A stretch of 64,000 nucleotides of DNA from Podarcis erhardii. Taxonomy: Eukaryota. Positions 1 to 13,700 of this stretch are shown in pieces (position 1 is the first letter of the stretch; each line of letters starts with the position of its first letter). Under the pieces are notes generated by a model, which did not search any database, had not been told where the DNA came from, and was given only the letters and a program-made list of their open reading frames with translations. Location: assembly GCA_964252035.1 (NCBI GenBank), contig OZ176216.1. One strand, written 5' to 3'. The position numbers and the translations under genes were made by a program.

Positions 1-34
<34 letters not shown>
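1..34. repeat. (AC)n microsatellite, truncated by window edge
   Basis: Directly visible. Confidence 0.95.
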
Positions 35-36
<2 letters not shown>

Positions 37-1897
37 TTTCATTTCAGATTGCTTTTCCAAGCCTTCAGAAATGGTTCACCAATTTGACTGGAAGATGCAG
101 AGACAATGCAGCACAAGGAGTGTCAGAAGCCTCCTTGTATTTTCTGGTCCTGGGGAGGGAGGTTTTCAAATGGAGCCCAACCCATGTTCAGGGGTTCTGA
201 GGTCTTAAAGTCCTGCAACAAGAAGCTTCCCATCTTACCGCTTGCTTAATTTATTCCACTGAAATGCGTTGAAGGCAAACCATTGTACTGGCCGCCATGA
301 CTCTGGAGGAAAGCCAAAGCCCTTATGAGCCCTATACCACACAGCCCTGCAAATTCAGTTTCAGTTTGCATAACTTAGGCATTCTCGGGTAGGTTACTGC
401 TAGCATTGCCCTTGGTGTTCTTCCTGGGATTTTGTTTCTCAACAGCTTGGGAAAGAAAGCTTTAACTGACAGAATAGAATAGATGCATAAAGTGCTGGCG
501 CATGGGTGTCTATTTTGCATTCCTTTAGAAATTTATCCGCTGTCGTTTTCTGCATTGTGTTTAACAGTTTCTAAGCTATTTTTTTTATTGCATTTTGCAC
601 ATCACCTTGAGATGTGTCTGGAGGGCAAGAAATAAATAAATAATAATAAAAGTGGAAGATCAAGAATTGGGAACCTCTTGTGGGGAGAGAGTGTGACTTT
701 GGAATAAAGCAGACTCCTTTATTGGAATGCGCCAACCTAGACCACTTCCAGTTCCTAAACATTTAGCACACATGAACCACTTATTTCCAGGGCTTTCTGG
801 AAATGTTCTTTTAAAACAAAGGTTGTTTTAAAAAAACAAATCTGAAGCATTTACTGCAATTATGTGTTTGGGACAGTATTTCACATTTCATGACTCCCCA
901 TATGCATTCTTATCTGGTGTGTGCTGGTGCTGCTTTAGATCTATGCTTTTGTGCCGGGGGGGGGGCATTGAAAAGTGCTGGGGCTCTTAATTTTTACAGT
1001 GCAGTCCATGAACAGAGATGTGATCTGTGCCTACCAATACCACAAGCACCAGGTGGTCATGCCAAGTAAATGGCAAATGGCCAACTGACTTCAGTGCCCG
1101 CCCCCACCCACCCCAATAACAAGTCCTACCTCCGAAGGGAGGAGTTAAAGGCAGAGGAGTCTGGCATCCAATCAGAACTGAATGGGTGAAAGCAGATATG
1201 TTCGGACTATGAGATGTCCATAAAAGATAGGTAGGGATGGGTCATTTTCGCGGGTAATTCTGCAGACCTTGTGCAGGCACCATAGAAAGCATCGGTGGAT
1301 GCCCTGGTGTCTGTGGTTGCTGTGTTGGACACTCACACACCAAGTTAAATAAATGCCTAAATCCATGTTCTAAAAGTTTTGCAATGGAACCATGAAAGCT
1401 GTTGGTCTTTGTAAATCTTCACATCTATTCATGTTACTTAACTTGGCTCATGTTTTTTGATTCAGGTGGCTCCACCTTGGCTACTTTCATGTTTTAATGA
1501 GTTTGATCGTTGTTCCATATAAGTGTGGCATAAGCGGGAGGCAACAACTTTGAATTGTGCTTTGAACATACATACACTAAGTGAATTTGATGGAATATCT
1601 CTTTAAAGTGAGGTCCATTTATAATTCTGCTTCTCAGCCCTTCACCAAACAGTTTACATTGAAAGTGTGCTAGGCTGTGAAAAGTTAAAACAGGACCCCA
1701 AATTACCTTGTGGATGGATCCTATTTTAGAACTGTTTATTCAAATTCTTGCCATAATTTGTGCAATAGAAGAACAAATATAAGATCAGCTTGGTTTCTTT
1801 TCTTTTTTAAAGACTTTCTAATAATTTAACAGGATTTTACTACCTTCGCAGTTATATTCAGAATAACAAAAAAGTAAAAATTGTTCTAAGTTCAATA

Positions 1898-2110
1898 CAA
1901 TGGTACCTTGGATTATGAACTTAATTCGTTCCAGAGGTCCATTCTTAACCTGAGGTGCGCTTTCGCTAATGGTGCCTCCCACTGCCGCCGCGTGATTTCC
2001 GTTCTCATCCTGGAGCATAGTTCTCAACCTGAGGTACTACATCCGGGTTAGTGGAGTTTGTAACCCAAAGTGTTTGTAACCCATAGCGTTTGTAACCTGA
2101 GGTACCACTG
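1898..2110. mobile_element. Tc1/mariner (pogo/Tigger-like) MITE, family A
   Basis: TIRs CAATGGTACC...GGTACCACTG, TA on both flanks, non-coding, related to copies at 14683, 17249 and 23451. Confidence 0.88.
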
Positions 2111-2479
2111 TACCATGAAAAGCATATAGAAAAAACTATCCTGCAATAAAAGTGCTGAACAATCAACTTTTAAAATCCAACACGTTTGAAAATAAGCTCT
2201 ACAAATACAAACTATATAAGTGATCCAACAATTTCATTGCACTTTTTTCAGATTTTTTAAAAAAGAATATATATATATGCACACATTTTTTACTCGCTCT
2301 GTGGCACATTTTACATAAACCACACACTTTCTCCCTGCTTTCCAGTGCATATGTAAAATATGCTTTTCTCACGTTTTTTTTTTTTAACGTAAAACGTTAC
2401 TTTGATATGTACCCTTTCTGCCTTAAACTGCGTTGCAAAATCCAAATAAGTGCACAATTTGACTGGAAGTTTCAAGCAA

Positions 2480-2735
2480 GTATAGGAGTGTTGGAACATG
2501 TTGGTCTGCTGCAAAAAAAATGGACTGAAATAATTCCTCTTCCACCTCTAGTCCAGACTACAGTAGAAGCATGGATGCGTGGAAATTATCTCACTGAGCT
2601 GGGAAGGGATGTGTTGGAGAAGGTGATCTGTATGGATAGGCATGGAAGCCTCTACCCATTGCAGAATTCAGTCACTGTTTCAACAAGTTGGATGATCCTG
2701 GACCTATTCTTGCAACATATGATAGTGCAATAAAT
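2480..2735 (+). mobile_element. Possible old L1/Tx1 ORF2 3' relic
   Basis: LLQKKW...P...TVEAW resembles the L1 ORF2 C-terminus and is followed by AATAAA and a T run. By-eye match only. Confidence 0.3.
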
Positions 2736-3599
2736 TTTTTTTTTTACCCCATCCTTTCCCCTTAAACATAGGCTGGGCTATAATTGATATTATTTGTAGC
2801 CTTGTTTGTCAGTTGCACCACCCATGATGAGCCCTTTTGTGGAAGAATGAAATGAACTAGAAAAAAGGAGACATATTGAGGGAAAGGGGTGACTTGTTCA
2901 TATGATTTCTTGATCAGCATTCTGCAATAAAATATTTATTAATCCAAAAAGCATCCAGCTATTCCGAGCAAACAAAAAAGGCTTAGGGGTGGGTGGGAAG
3001 TTGGGCAAGAGGACCCCCCCCCCCGACTTTTTCAGGGCCTTCCCATCTCTAAAAAGAGCCCAGGACACTACAGGAGTTTGGGAAATGCTTGAGAAAAAGG
3101 CTCAAAAGAGTAGGCATTTTGGTTTGGGCTATGGCACCACTTCATTGCATATTTGCACATCCACCAATTGTCCTGACTGGACCGGGACATCACTGATTGA
3201 CAGTAGCTCCCCTGGTTTCTTATGTCAATCTGTGATTTCCTCCTTCCTCCTCAGCTGCTTCTGCAAGGGCTCCATGGGGGTCTGTGCTGACGTGCTCCAG
3301 GAAGCTGAGTTGCAATTCCAGCAGTACACTTCTGGTGCAGTGTCGGCTTCCGTAACTATGTTAGCAGCCTTGGTGGGCCTGGTGGCGGCACTAGTCTCAT
3401 AGTGTCAGTGGCAGCCTCATTGCGGCAGAGGAGGTGGAGAAAGAGAGCAGCCGGAGGAGGTCGGGGGGGGGGCTGAACGGGGGGGGGCAACATGGTGGGG
3501 GGATTTTGGTTAGAAGCAGTTGGAGGGTATGTGTTTGATATTAACTCTTAGTAGATGGCTGTAGGTGTCCTTGCGGGGTTTCCTACAGGGGGCTGCAGC

Positions 3600-3740
3600 T
3601 AAGTGATAGAGCAAAGGCTTTGGATATGAAAGACCCCAGCTTTAGTCCTTGCAGGATACCCCCCCCCAAAAAAACACCCTGGAGACCCTGGAGGGCTGCT
3701 GCCAGTCTGAATAGACAGTACTGGAGTGGAGAATACCTAG
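3600..3740 (+). mobile_element. Fragment of tRNA-derived SINE with CR1-type tail
   Basis: ccctggagggctgctgccagtctgaatagacagtactgg matches the tail of the copy at 55155. Confidence 0.55.
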
Positions 3741-4619
3741 AGATCTCATTGCACACATGCCCAGCAAAACTATAGGTTAGGGCCTTGGATTAAGCTGCTT
3801 TGAGTTCTGGTCTGGGGGAAGGGTGGGAAACAACAACAACATTTAAAATCAGTAAATTTCAAGTTTTACATAATTAGTTTAAAAATAATACTTCAATGCA
3901 CATCTTTCTGGTAGCATTATGGGGCCCTCTTAAAACTGAAATAGTTTAGGGTATCATCATATCTTAATCCAGCCCTGCAGGCTACTATAATACTGCCTTA
4001 TGATTTTATGCGCTGTTTTCGTCAGCCATTTTCTGCCTATTAGGATAAGAAAAGAGGGGTGTCAACTGAGGACTGAAAGTGCAACATCTGTTGCACTCTG
4101 GGCAGCGCAGCTCCAGCACTCCTACAGTTGGAAATGGTTCTCAGCCAGCGGCAGCCCCTCTCCCTCTCCTTCTCCTTTGAGCCTCAGCTGATAATAGTCT
4201 CTTGCTGAATTGGTTTTTGCAATTACTTAACTCTGTGTCCCAAATAATGAACTCTGCCTGTTTCTTGTGTCTATAAAGGCACTTTTTCGCACAAGCAGAT
4301 CTTTGCCTGTAGAGCGTTTATCCGGTTGCCTTGATGAGAACAGGAAATTGAGTCTTCAGTTCAGACTTCCAGAGTGCCAAAGACATATTCTTCAAAAAGA
4401 TAATGCACAGAGTCAGTTTTGTTTTGAGTCAGGTCCAGTTCGTTTCTGGTCTTGCAAAATTCTCTTCACTCAGCAAATTAGTGAATTTTTTTAAGGTTTG
4501 TTTTTTGTTTTTAGCTCTCTTCCATTTCCAAATCAATAAATAAAAAGAATCTGTATCTTGCACTGGAGTCCTGACAACTTAGTGGCTTTATTTATTTAGT
4601 CTTGCATAGAGACAAATTC

Positions 4620-4680
4620 CTAAAGAGTAGCCACATTAGTCTGCAGTAACAACAAAAAAGACAAAATCCACAGTTCTCAT
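4620..4680. mobile_element. Penelope-like terminal fragment
   Basis: agagtagccacattagtctgcagt resembles the reverse complement of the motif near 42905. Confidence 0.3.
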
Positions 4681-4879
4681 TCCTTGTCTCTCTTTTAAAT
4701 TGGCACTTCTTCAGAAAGGCACAGATAAAGTGGAAGGAATAGGACAAAGAACAAACAACTGGGGGAGGGGGGGCAGGAGAAATTCAGATTTTCATTAGCT
4801 CCAAAAGAGCAATTTCAGAGGTGACAAACTTTGCCTTTCTGATCTCATTTTACCTTTCCAACTCTCAACAAGATATGTC

Positions 4880-5010
4880 AGTTAAAAGAACAGAAGAAGA
4901 TTCCATCCAGTCCAGCATCCTGTTCTCATAGTGGCCAACCAGATGCTCTGATGGGAAGTCTGCAAGCAGGAGAGTACTCCTCCCACTTGGGTCCCTGTCC
5001 GTCACTGGTA
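4880..5010 (-). mobile_element. CR1-type LINE 3' end fragment
   Basis: ccatccagtccagcatcctgttctcatagtggccaaccagatgc matches the reverse complement of the squamate CR1 3' UTR. Confidence 0.6.
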
Positions 5011-6369
5011 AAGAGTTTTCCCAAAATGCAACATGTCAAAACAAAGCTAGGACATTATCTTCTATTTCTGCAGCTGGGAAAGTGAAGGTGTGTGGTATCG
5101 TTGCAGGCTGTGCAGTTAATCAAGAGGTGGGACTTGAACCCATGCCTTCCAGATCATGCCCAACTTTCTAACATAGTAAAATACTGGCAGAATGGATAGT
5201 ACAGAGACCCCTCCATGGGCATTTAAACTGACTGAACTTGCTAATTCTAATTCAAATCTTAATTGCTGGATGCCATTAGCATTCTGCTATGTTTACTTCA
5301 GATCTGCCTTTGTCATCAAGGTCTCTTGAATTTAGCTGTTCACCTCCTAGCCTCCAAAGCGGAACCAGTGCAGATCTGCTACTTTCCAAGCTGTTCATTC
5401 CTACACAAAAGAGCCAACTTTGCTGCTGGTTGCTTGCCATCTGATAAAATAACCCAGCATGCCCAAAATTCATAAGTCTGGTGTGTAGGAAGTTTGCTAG
5501 CAGCTGTCTAACTTCATTAGGCTTCCTTCCCCCACCTCCCTCCTTTCTCCCTGGTATGTTCAAAGTGCTTGCTGGTATTTCACAGGGCACTGGAAGAGGA
5601 CATTGAATTGTCTCTCATCATGTGGTCATTTTGCAAAATTGTTGATGAAACGATCAGAGGGAGAAGGTGGTTTTTACTGGCAAAAAAATCAAAACCTTTC
5701 CTGGGTGTACCATGAGGTAGGAAACCCAGATTCTGCTTTTGGTTTTCAAATGTCTTGTCTTGGTCTTGGTGTTTCACTGCTCTGCCGTTTGGAGCTATGC
5801 AGGATTTGAAGCCCCCAAACTCCCAATACACTGCATAATAACAGGAAAATAACAGGAATAACAGGAAAAGAGGAAACTACAGTTGAACGGGTGACAAGGA
5901 GTCCATTCTGCAGGGGTGGCAATGTCAGAACAGTCTATGACTTCACAAAAATTACTAGCTCATCTTCCCAGACCTCATTTAGATATTTGTCACATACATT
6001 GATGGTCTTGTGGGAGTGTCATTCACTTCCACTTTACCAGGGCTTCCCTGCATAGTCAGCTGCAAGTTATTCTGTTTATGCTACATATGACCAGAGGGTC
6101 AGCTCTTTACAAGCCACTAGATGGAGAAGCAGGGGGAATAATTCATTGGGCTGTAACAGTAGCAAAGCACATGCTATCTGTGTGATCTATCCAGGTTCAG
6201 CCTCCTGTGAAGGGTAGGTGACAGGTTTGGAAAAGCCTTTTTTCTGCTTGAGTCCTTGGAGAGCTGAGGCCAAGCAGAGCAGACAACCCCTGGGCTAGAT
6301 AGGATGGTGATCTCATAGAACTTGAAGCAGCTTCATTGTCAGAATGGATGCTTTGGATGTGGAATGTCT

Positions 6370-6530
6370 GATGTTCATCTCTTGGCATCTCCAGTTGAAA
6401 ACATTTCAGATTGCTGAGTTGGGGAAGCTCTCTCTTTGTCCTTGGACCTTGAAGAGCTGTTGCCAGTCAAAACGGACAGTACTGGGCTTGATGAAGGGAT
6501 GGTCTGACATATCTTGAGGCTGTCTCATAT
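6370..6530 (+). mobile_element. Degenerate tRNA-derived SINE with CR1-type tail
   Basis: ggcatctccag...gaagagctgttgccagtcaaaacggacagtactgggc...ggtctgac, same family as 55155. Confidence 0.55.
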
Positions 6531-6618
6531 ATCTATAACCACTGCTACCAAAATGGCACGCGCCTGGTTATAATCCAAACTTTGGTGAAAGCAGAAGTTC
6601 AGAGAGATTAGGTTTGAA

Positions 6619-6668
6619 AGCATAGTTGGTAGAGCATGAGACTCTTAATCCCAGGGTTGTGGGTTTGA
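6619..6668 (+). mobile_element. tRNA-Lys(CTT)-derived SINE head, truncated
   Basis: ggtagagcatgagactcttaatcccagggttgtgggttt; same head as the element at 48955, no acceptor stem. Confidence 0.65.
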
Positions 6669-7089
6669 TGTCAGTTGATGGGTGGGAGGACTGGGTTTAA
6701 TCTTGCCATGGTTGTGTACTCTGTTCCCCTCAGGGATAGGGTTGCCCAGCCAAGGAAGCAATATTTAATCCCTGCTCATCAACTGACAAGACCTTTGCAA
6801 AAGTGCCTTTTGAAGTGACTTGCACTTTTCCATTTAACCAGCAAGCTGGTGGCAGCAGTGTAAGGGAGAGGAGTCTTCCCCCACCCTGCTGCCACTGCCT
6901 GTCTGCTCACTTAAAGGAAAATAGTAAGCTGTTTCAAACAGCACTTTGGCAAATGCTTTAAGGCAGCCTCCCAAGCTAAAATGAGACCGTGATTCTGCTT
7001 GGTCTGGATGCTCGGGCACACTCTGCAGGGCGTTTTCTTGTACACCCAAATCCAGTGCTAAGCAGGATTCCCCCTTCCCTGTATCGGCT

Positions 7090-7960
7090 GAAGTGATGGG
7101 AAGGCAATCCTGCTTGATCCAGGTGTGCAAGAGAGCTCTCTGTAAAGAGCCCCTGCTCTGTCTGCAACCTGACTTCTCATTGAGATGCAGCCTTGCAGCC
7201 TTGCTTCCTGCCTCTGTGTACAGTCACAACATTGCCTCTGGCAGCTTGACTCATCCTTGTCCAAAGCACTTGTGAACTTTATTGACTCTTTGTTACAAAA
7301 GATTACTTATAATCCAAATACTCTGGGAGCGAGTAGACTTCGTAATGGAGCAGGTTTCTCCTTTTGATTTATGTGTGTGATATCCAGAAAACAGGACTTT
7401 GTGCAGCCACCATTCACAGACCTGTATGGAACAGGAGGCTCCGTCTGCATCATCATTGGGTGACAAATGGTGCTCAGAGAGTGGGTGACAGTTTATGATG
7501 TATTCATCTGGAACAAGAGTTCCAGTTGCTGCAGTTGCTTAAAAAATCTTCTCCAAAGACAAAGCTATTTTCAGTTTGTTTTGGTGTTCCTGTGTGCAGA
7601 TTTCTGGGGTATTTTTGGCCACATCTTAAGTGGGTTCAGTGGAATAACTTACTGTCTAATGTCATTTTGTCACCTTTTGAAATAGGAGTTTTTGTTTGTG
7701 TGTCAACAGTACTAGGCTGGAATTGGAAACAAGCGGCTTCAGAGTAAGCAGCAAGATTTGGAGATGCTGATGAAAGTCTTGTGAAAGTGATGAAAGTGCT
7801 AATGAGTAAACTTAACCTAGAAGCCTCTAGAGCACCTTGAGTATATCCTCACCTGCTCAGGATTGCAGATGCTGTTGGCTTCCTTGCTGATGTGACTGTC
7901 TCCTTGCAGGTCCTGCTGTTGGCTAGAGCTGTGGTGCTGGTACATGACAAGTCTTAGGTT
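7090..7960 (+). mobile_element. Possible decayed DIRS1-like gag (ORF1) fragments
   Basis: SDGKAILLDP..ESSL*RA..SA (7091-7160) and IADAVGFLADV....LARAVV (7862-7940) resemble recalled vertebrate DIRS gag motifs. Stops present; by-eye only. Confidence 0.3.
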
Positions 7961-8424
7961 TAACAGTTTGAGAGGCACCGTGAGCTCAATTCCTTGATAG
8001 CTTCCTCCTAAGACAGGGAAACAAGAGCATTTGAAACCCTAGAGAGCTTGCAAAGGTTTGCCTTTCTGGCTAAGACGATTCTGAGACTCAGCAGTCCTAA
8101 GAATTCTCCATGGTAGGCATGTTATCAAAATCACATACAGGTCATGACAGTCATGGCTGCCCATTAAAATGTGGACTGGTAGCCAACATTAGTTGTAATC
8201 CGACAACATCTGGAGGGCATCATGTTAGCTATCTCTTTTGTAGCCGGACCCAAGTTCACAATTTGGCTATTTCTGTTCCATCTTGGTGGTGGTACTTGAC
8301 ACCTAAGTAGATGGCTTGATGGGCTTTTCATCCATCTTTGTCTCAGTGAAATACCACAGTGCTCACATCGTGATTAATCTCAGTGCTTACAGTTGCCATT
8401 CAAATTGCTTTAAAAAGGCAACTA

Positions 8425-8719
8425 CAGTAGTGCCCCGCAAGACAAATGCCTCGCAAGACGGAAAACCCGCTAGACGAAAGGGTTTTCCGTTTTGGAGGTG
8501 CTTCGCAAAACGAATTTCCTATGGGCTTGCTTCGCAAGACGAAAACGTCTTGCGAGTTCCTGCGGGTTTTTTCCCCTTCCCCCCCTTTTTCTAAGCCGAT
8601 AAGCCGCTAAAAGCCGCTAATAGCGCTAAGCCGTCAATGGGCTTGCTTTGCAAGACGAAAAAAACGCTAGACGAAGAGAATCGCGGAACGGATTCTTTTC
8701 GTCTTGCGAGGCACCACTG
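8425..8719. mobile_element. Tc1/mariner MITE, family B
   Basis: TIRs CAGTAGTGCCCCGCAAGAC...GTCTTGCGAGGCACCACTG, TA TSD, internal gcaagacgaaa sub-repeats, CpG-rich. Confidence 0.9.
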
Positions 8720-8979
8720 TATCGTGAGTTCATAAAGCACCTAAAATTTACCAACCGCTGCACAATGACAGTCCCTGTGTGTGCAGTTTTTTCAGTTTGT
8801 TAGACATAATGCAAGAGGGAAGAGGACAACAGGCAAACTCAGGCACCAGTTCAGCCTTACAGAACAGTTCTTTCAGTATACAGCCTGAAAAGAAACATGG
8901 CATTTGGCCTTTCTGTTACAGCCAGATGGAATGACCACTAATAGCTGACAGGAGAAGGAGCCGTTCAGTTTCAGCTGAG

Positions 8980-9200
8980 AAGAGTCCTGCTGGATCTGAC
9001 CAAAGGACTATCAACTAACCTAGCGTCATTTTTCCTTTGCCCATGAGCCAAATGTTTTAGGGAAGCCCACAGGTAGGTCAGAAAGGCACCAGCCCCCTCC
9101 CACTGTTACCCTACCCCCGAGCAACCAGTATACAGGAATATCCTGCATCTGAGAATGGAAGTTCTATGAACTGGTCATGGCTATCATATCTTCTTGTGTT
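8980..9200 (-). mobile_element. CR1-type LINE 3' fragment
   Basis: gaagagtcctgctggatctgaccaaagg...gggaagcccacagg. Confidence 0.5.
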
Positions 9201-11464
9201 TGAAGGAACTTGACAAGAGGCATTGGTGTTTTTCAGAGCCAATGACATGGAAATGGGCTATTGATAATTCATAGATCTTTTTAAAAATTAACATTTGATC
9301 TAGATTGCAACTAAAAATGTGAAATATTCTTAGTGTTCCAAGTGCATTAGGTGCAAAATAAGTGCCTGTCCCTTTTCTCTCTTGAGAAACATGAAGTACT
9401 TTAGAAGTAAAATGTCACATGTCTAGAAATCCTGGCCCTGTTTTAAGGGCTTATGTGGATACCTGTATTCAGACGCACATAAAACGTGCAAAGATTCAGG
9501 GTACTAATGAGCAGATCTATCAACCTTCATTTGCTTCCAGTTGTCCTGAAATGCCTTGAACATAGATACTCCAAACATCTCACCTCACTGTTAAAGTTTC
9601 CATGTACATGTCAAGTTCTAGAAACATACAATTCCATCTTACAAAGGTGTAAGACACCATTGTTGTATACCAAACAATTCTGACTCAGATATTTCACCAA
9701 GAGCTATTTAATAGCGATTGTATATCACACTCAGCATCAACATCCTGAGTGTGCATTTACACAAGCTACGCTATAATGATGGTCCTTGCTGTTTGTCATA
9801 TGTGCATTCCTCACTGTGAAATGGCCGGCCCCATAGAGCACACATACCTCTGTGCTCTTCCCTGTGAATATATGGCCATGCTCCTCACTGTTCTGTTAGC
9901 CAGACCAGGTTGAAGGAACAAAGGAGCTGCATTAGCCAACGGTTGCAGTGGGAGCATTGTGCCCTTCTTCTCTGGTGTAGTGATGCTCAACTGGGGTGTA
10001 GGACAAAGTGAGGTTTAGGTTGGACGCAAGGCAAGGCAGGGGTCAGGCTGAACGCAGGGTTTAGATGCAAGGCAGAATCCAGGTGATAAAGTTGGAGAGG
10101 CTCAGGTCTTCCAGGGTTTTCTGCAGTAGAGTCTGCAGAGTCAGAGGACAGGACCGCAGTCCAGCATTGTTGGGCAGAGGAATGGCCCCACAGGTTCGTC
10201 AGGTAGCAGTGTCTCTGAGGTGTGCTCTGCATGCCCGTCCCCTTCAGGTTCAGAATCTTTATCTCATCACCCGAGAAAGAGGAATCCAACTCTTCGTCCC
10301 TGACACATGTTATCAATGCTGTGGTGTAGGCTCCTTGAAATCAGTAAACTTCAGTTAGCCACTACTAGCCAGAGTCCATTGATTTCAGTTGGTTTACTAC
10401 TATGACTTAGTCAGATACCACCCATTGTTGTTTGTACAATAAGTTTCGTTGATACTGTAATATGCAATACAGTGTTTTATGTTACTCTTCACTGTGTATC
10501 ACAATTCTCATTAAGGTACTTTGAACTTTTTTTTTTAAAGGGGGAAAATCTCTGAAACTTCAGTAGACAATATTCAAGGATCTTACTTAGCTAAGTGTGA
10601 TAGTTGGGCATACAATAACTCTTGACACTTTCATTGTGCTTTTGTGTGTACGGGATGGTTCATTTCTAGCAATAGAGAAGAGTCTTCTGTGAGCACCTGC
10701 CAAAACTGCATTGGCATGGGATTAAAAAACTGAATAATTATTGATTTGGTTGAAAGGGGGGGAGTATTAAAATAGTTTGCACACAAGACACACATAATCT
10801 TAAGATTTAATACTTTGGTGGAATGCATTTATTAATTAAAGAGATACACACTGTCAGATGCTATTGGAATAGCATTTTTTTATAATTTTATAATTCTTAT
10901 TTTTGTAATGTATTTTTCCTTTTTTTGCAAGGGGAAAAATTAAAAGGGAAAAGGACTGTGGTTTTGTCCATGGCTTCCCAAGCACAAATCAATATACAGT
11001 GCACATGATGTTTTAATATCTTTAGCACTCCTTTCCTCTATCAGTTACATGTGAGAATCTGTATAGGTTTAGCAATTATTTTAAGGGTGGTGGTGTTTGG
11101 TAGATTCTTCTTGTGTTCTTCTGTAAAGTTTAAGGAAAATTTGTTTCCCTTTGGCTATTGTAAACCAAATTATTCCTTTCTATAATGTTAGTGTCTAATC
11201 TGAAAAAAAAAAAAGGATGAAGCAGTTGATTTCTTTCTGTGTACTTACCTCTCCCTTCCCTTAAGCATGTGGTCAGCTTTGTAAGTTCTCCAGGCTTATT
11301 GAGAAGTATGTTGGCTGTAACTTAATTTATTACATTTTCTCCATTCCAATTGTGTTTGGCACTTGTTTATGAAGCATCTCTGAATCATATTTTCCATTTA
11401 ACTTTATGCATGCATGTAAGCATTTCAAGGTAAACAGTTTCAGATTTGGCTTCTGAAATAGTTA

Positions 11465-13700
11465 GAACGACATCTTAAACAGCATTGTCTGCCTTGATCG
11501 CTCCACTAGGCCGTTAAATCTTGTGGATCTTAAGGTCTCTTCCTTGCAGGCAGAAGGTGGTGCTTTCATCCAACTAGAAAGTTTCAGTTTATGGAGTTGA
11601 ATACCCAAAAGATCCTCTAATAACATTTTCCTCTGTAAAGGAGGATTAGCATAATGCAAATGCTCCAACTGTTCACATTTACCCAGAACATCTTTTTGCT
11701 GCTCCCCATTCCTGTTTTGACCTTATATTTTTGCCCTACAGAGATGCCTTCATAAAACATTATTGATGTGACCCAAGAGAGTTCAGGATTCAGCCCATTC
11801 CCTAGAATTTTAGAAATGCCAGAGGAGTGGATACCTTTTGTCTCTGGCACCCGTAATTATGAATCCATGTGCATGTGCTGCACAGTTTGCTATTTTGCAT
11901 GCTACAGCTGCTAAGGTTGCTAACAAAATATTGCAGGACAGTTACATGTTTATATTCAGTCTTTAATCCAATGTCTTGGCCTTGAGTGGACTAAAACCTA
12001 AAGTAGGCCTGGCAAGCCAATCCATTGACCAGTAAAATATTGCCAAATGTTCCATGAATCCCAGAATACTGCCATGTAGAATGGCAGGTTACCTTTCTAT
12101 TTTATTTTGGTGTCATTTGTTAGCAAGGGCAGGAGTTTGCCCCCTAACCTTGCAATAGTCATGGGTAATCCTAGCAGCAAAGTGAAGTTTCTCTTACTGT
12201 TCACCTGATGACACCAAACGAGGGCAAGAGAGGAACAGAAGTTGTTGCCAGTGACGAAGGTCCCTGCCTAAGATCAACCATGACCATCTTGTTTGCTGAA
12301 GGAATCAGGGGGTGCACCATCTGTATAATCTGGCTGTACTTACAAAGTTTCTACTTCATATTATTTCTGTTCTTAAATCTGCACTTTCATTTTTAAAGCT
12401 GAAGAGAAGAACCATTCAAACCTCTTAATATTTTAAAAAGGCTTTATTGTATACAGATATTTGACCAGTATTAAGTTTGGTCAGATGAGGATATGATTCT
12501 TGAGTGGTCAGTCCCAGCAGGCAGAGAAGAACATCTAGTGACAATTAAAGAGGGCAAGAGTTTGGTCAGTGATCCTTTGTTTCACAATTGGGGTATTGCA
12601 TGTAAGCTCCTATTTTCTTAAATTGAAGGGGATTGTAATGTGTCCCTCAGTCATAAGGGTTTTGAGTGTATGTACAAATGCATTTAGGTCATATGTCAAC
12701 AAGCAAATGATGATTCCAGGTGTATAGAGCTAGCTGTGTGTTCCATAACTGGGGTGCCACTATAGAGAAGACCCATTCTCTGTTTCCATCCATAGCATCC
12801 AATCAGGTGGCAGCCCATGCAAGCAATGTGGTAAGTGGGCAGATTCGTTTGGGAACCACTGGCCCTCTATTACTCTATAGTTCCAAGTTATATAGGACTT
12901 TAAAAACCATAAGCATAATTTTTTCCAGATTTCTAAACTCTCTGCCATGGGTAGAACGTGGATTGCAGTTCAGCTTCCTTTGCTGAGTGCCTTTGAAGTT
13001 TGTGGTGTTTTTGCTAACAGTGACAAACCTGCAGCCAAGCTGGCTTGTGTGATTTACAAATAAAATTGATTTTTTTGCATTCTGATGATGATGATGATGA
13101 TGATAAGAACTAGCACCAGCCCCTTGAATTGTGCTCTGAAACACAGGCAAATCAGTGGCCTGAAGAGAGCATTCAAAAGGCTTGCACATGTGCAGCAAAA
13201 CATATACATGATAATATAGTTCTTCTTGCAGGGTTTGGGATAGTAACTTTTGAGCACCTAAGAAGGAACTGCACCTGGTATCAACAGAGTGTAGAAAATG
13301 GGGCTGATCAGCAGCTTCTTTAGCTGAGAAGCATAGTGTATTCAAGATTGCTGATATTGGTATCTCTGCTCTCCGTATATGGTTGCCTTAGGAATGTCTG
13401 TCCAAGTTGGCTAGACATTTATGGACTTTGCTGATTCATCCGCTTGAGCCAAGAGCCGTGGCCAAGACAGAGTGTTTGTTTGACTGTGTTAAGTTTCTGA
13501 ATTGCTGCAGAGCCAAGAAGAAGGGAGGTTTTTTGCTATTATTGTGGTCGCAGAAAATAGCTCATTGAAACTTGAAAACTGAGCAAGCTGCTAAAGGCTT
13601 TGGATATATGGATGCCATTACAAGTGAAAGCTCTGTGCTCCATCCTGATAGGCACTGATGACTGTTGGGAACAGAATGTTCTTTAGTGACAATAAACCCA
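11465..13700 (+). mobile_element. Possible decayed DIRS1-like pol/tyrosine-recombinase relic
   Basis: Collinear frameshifted motifs LNLVDLK, HPTRKFQF, VHIYP (RT-like); RAS...NWGA, DN, SLAEKH..IAD (RNase H-like); DAITS..LHPDR (YR-like). Each match is weak on its own. Confidence 0.3.
13083..13104. repeat. (GAT)n microsatellite
   Basis: Directly visible. Confidence 0.9.

Noticed and set aside
7767-7790. CTGATGA...GAAA hammerhead-like word (also CTGATGA at 24823)
   Set aside because: No viable stems I-III at 7767, and no GAAA box at 24823.
13325-13365. FKIADIG resembling a kinase DFG motif
   Set aside because: Isolated 7-aa resemblance with no other kinase subdomains. Better explained by chance or the putative DIRS relic.
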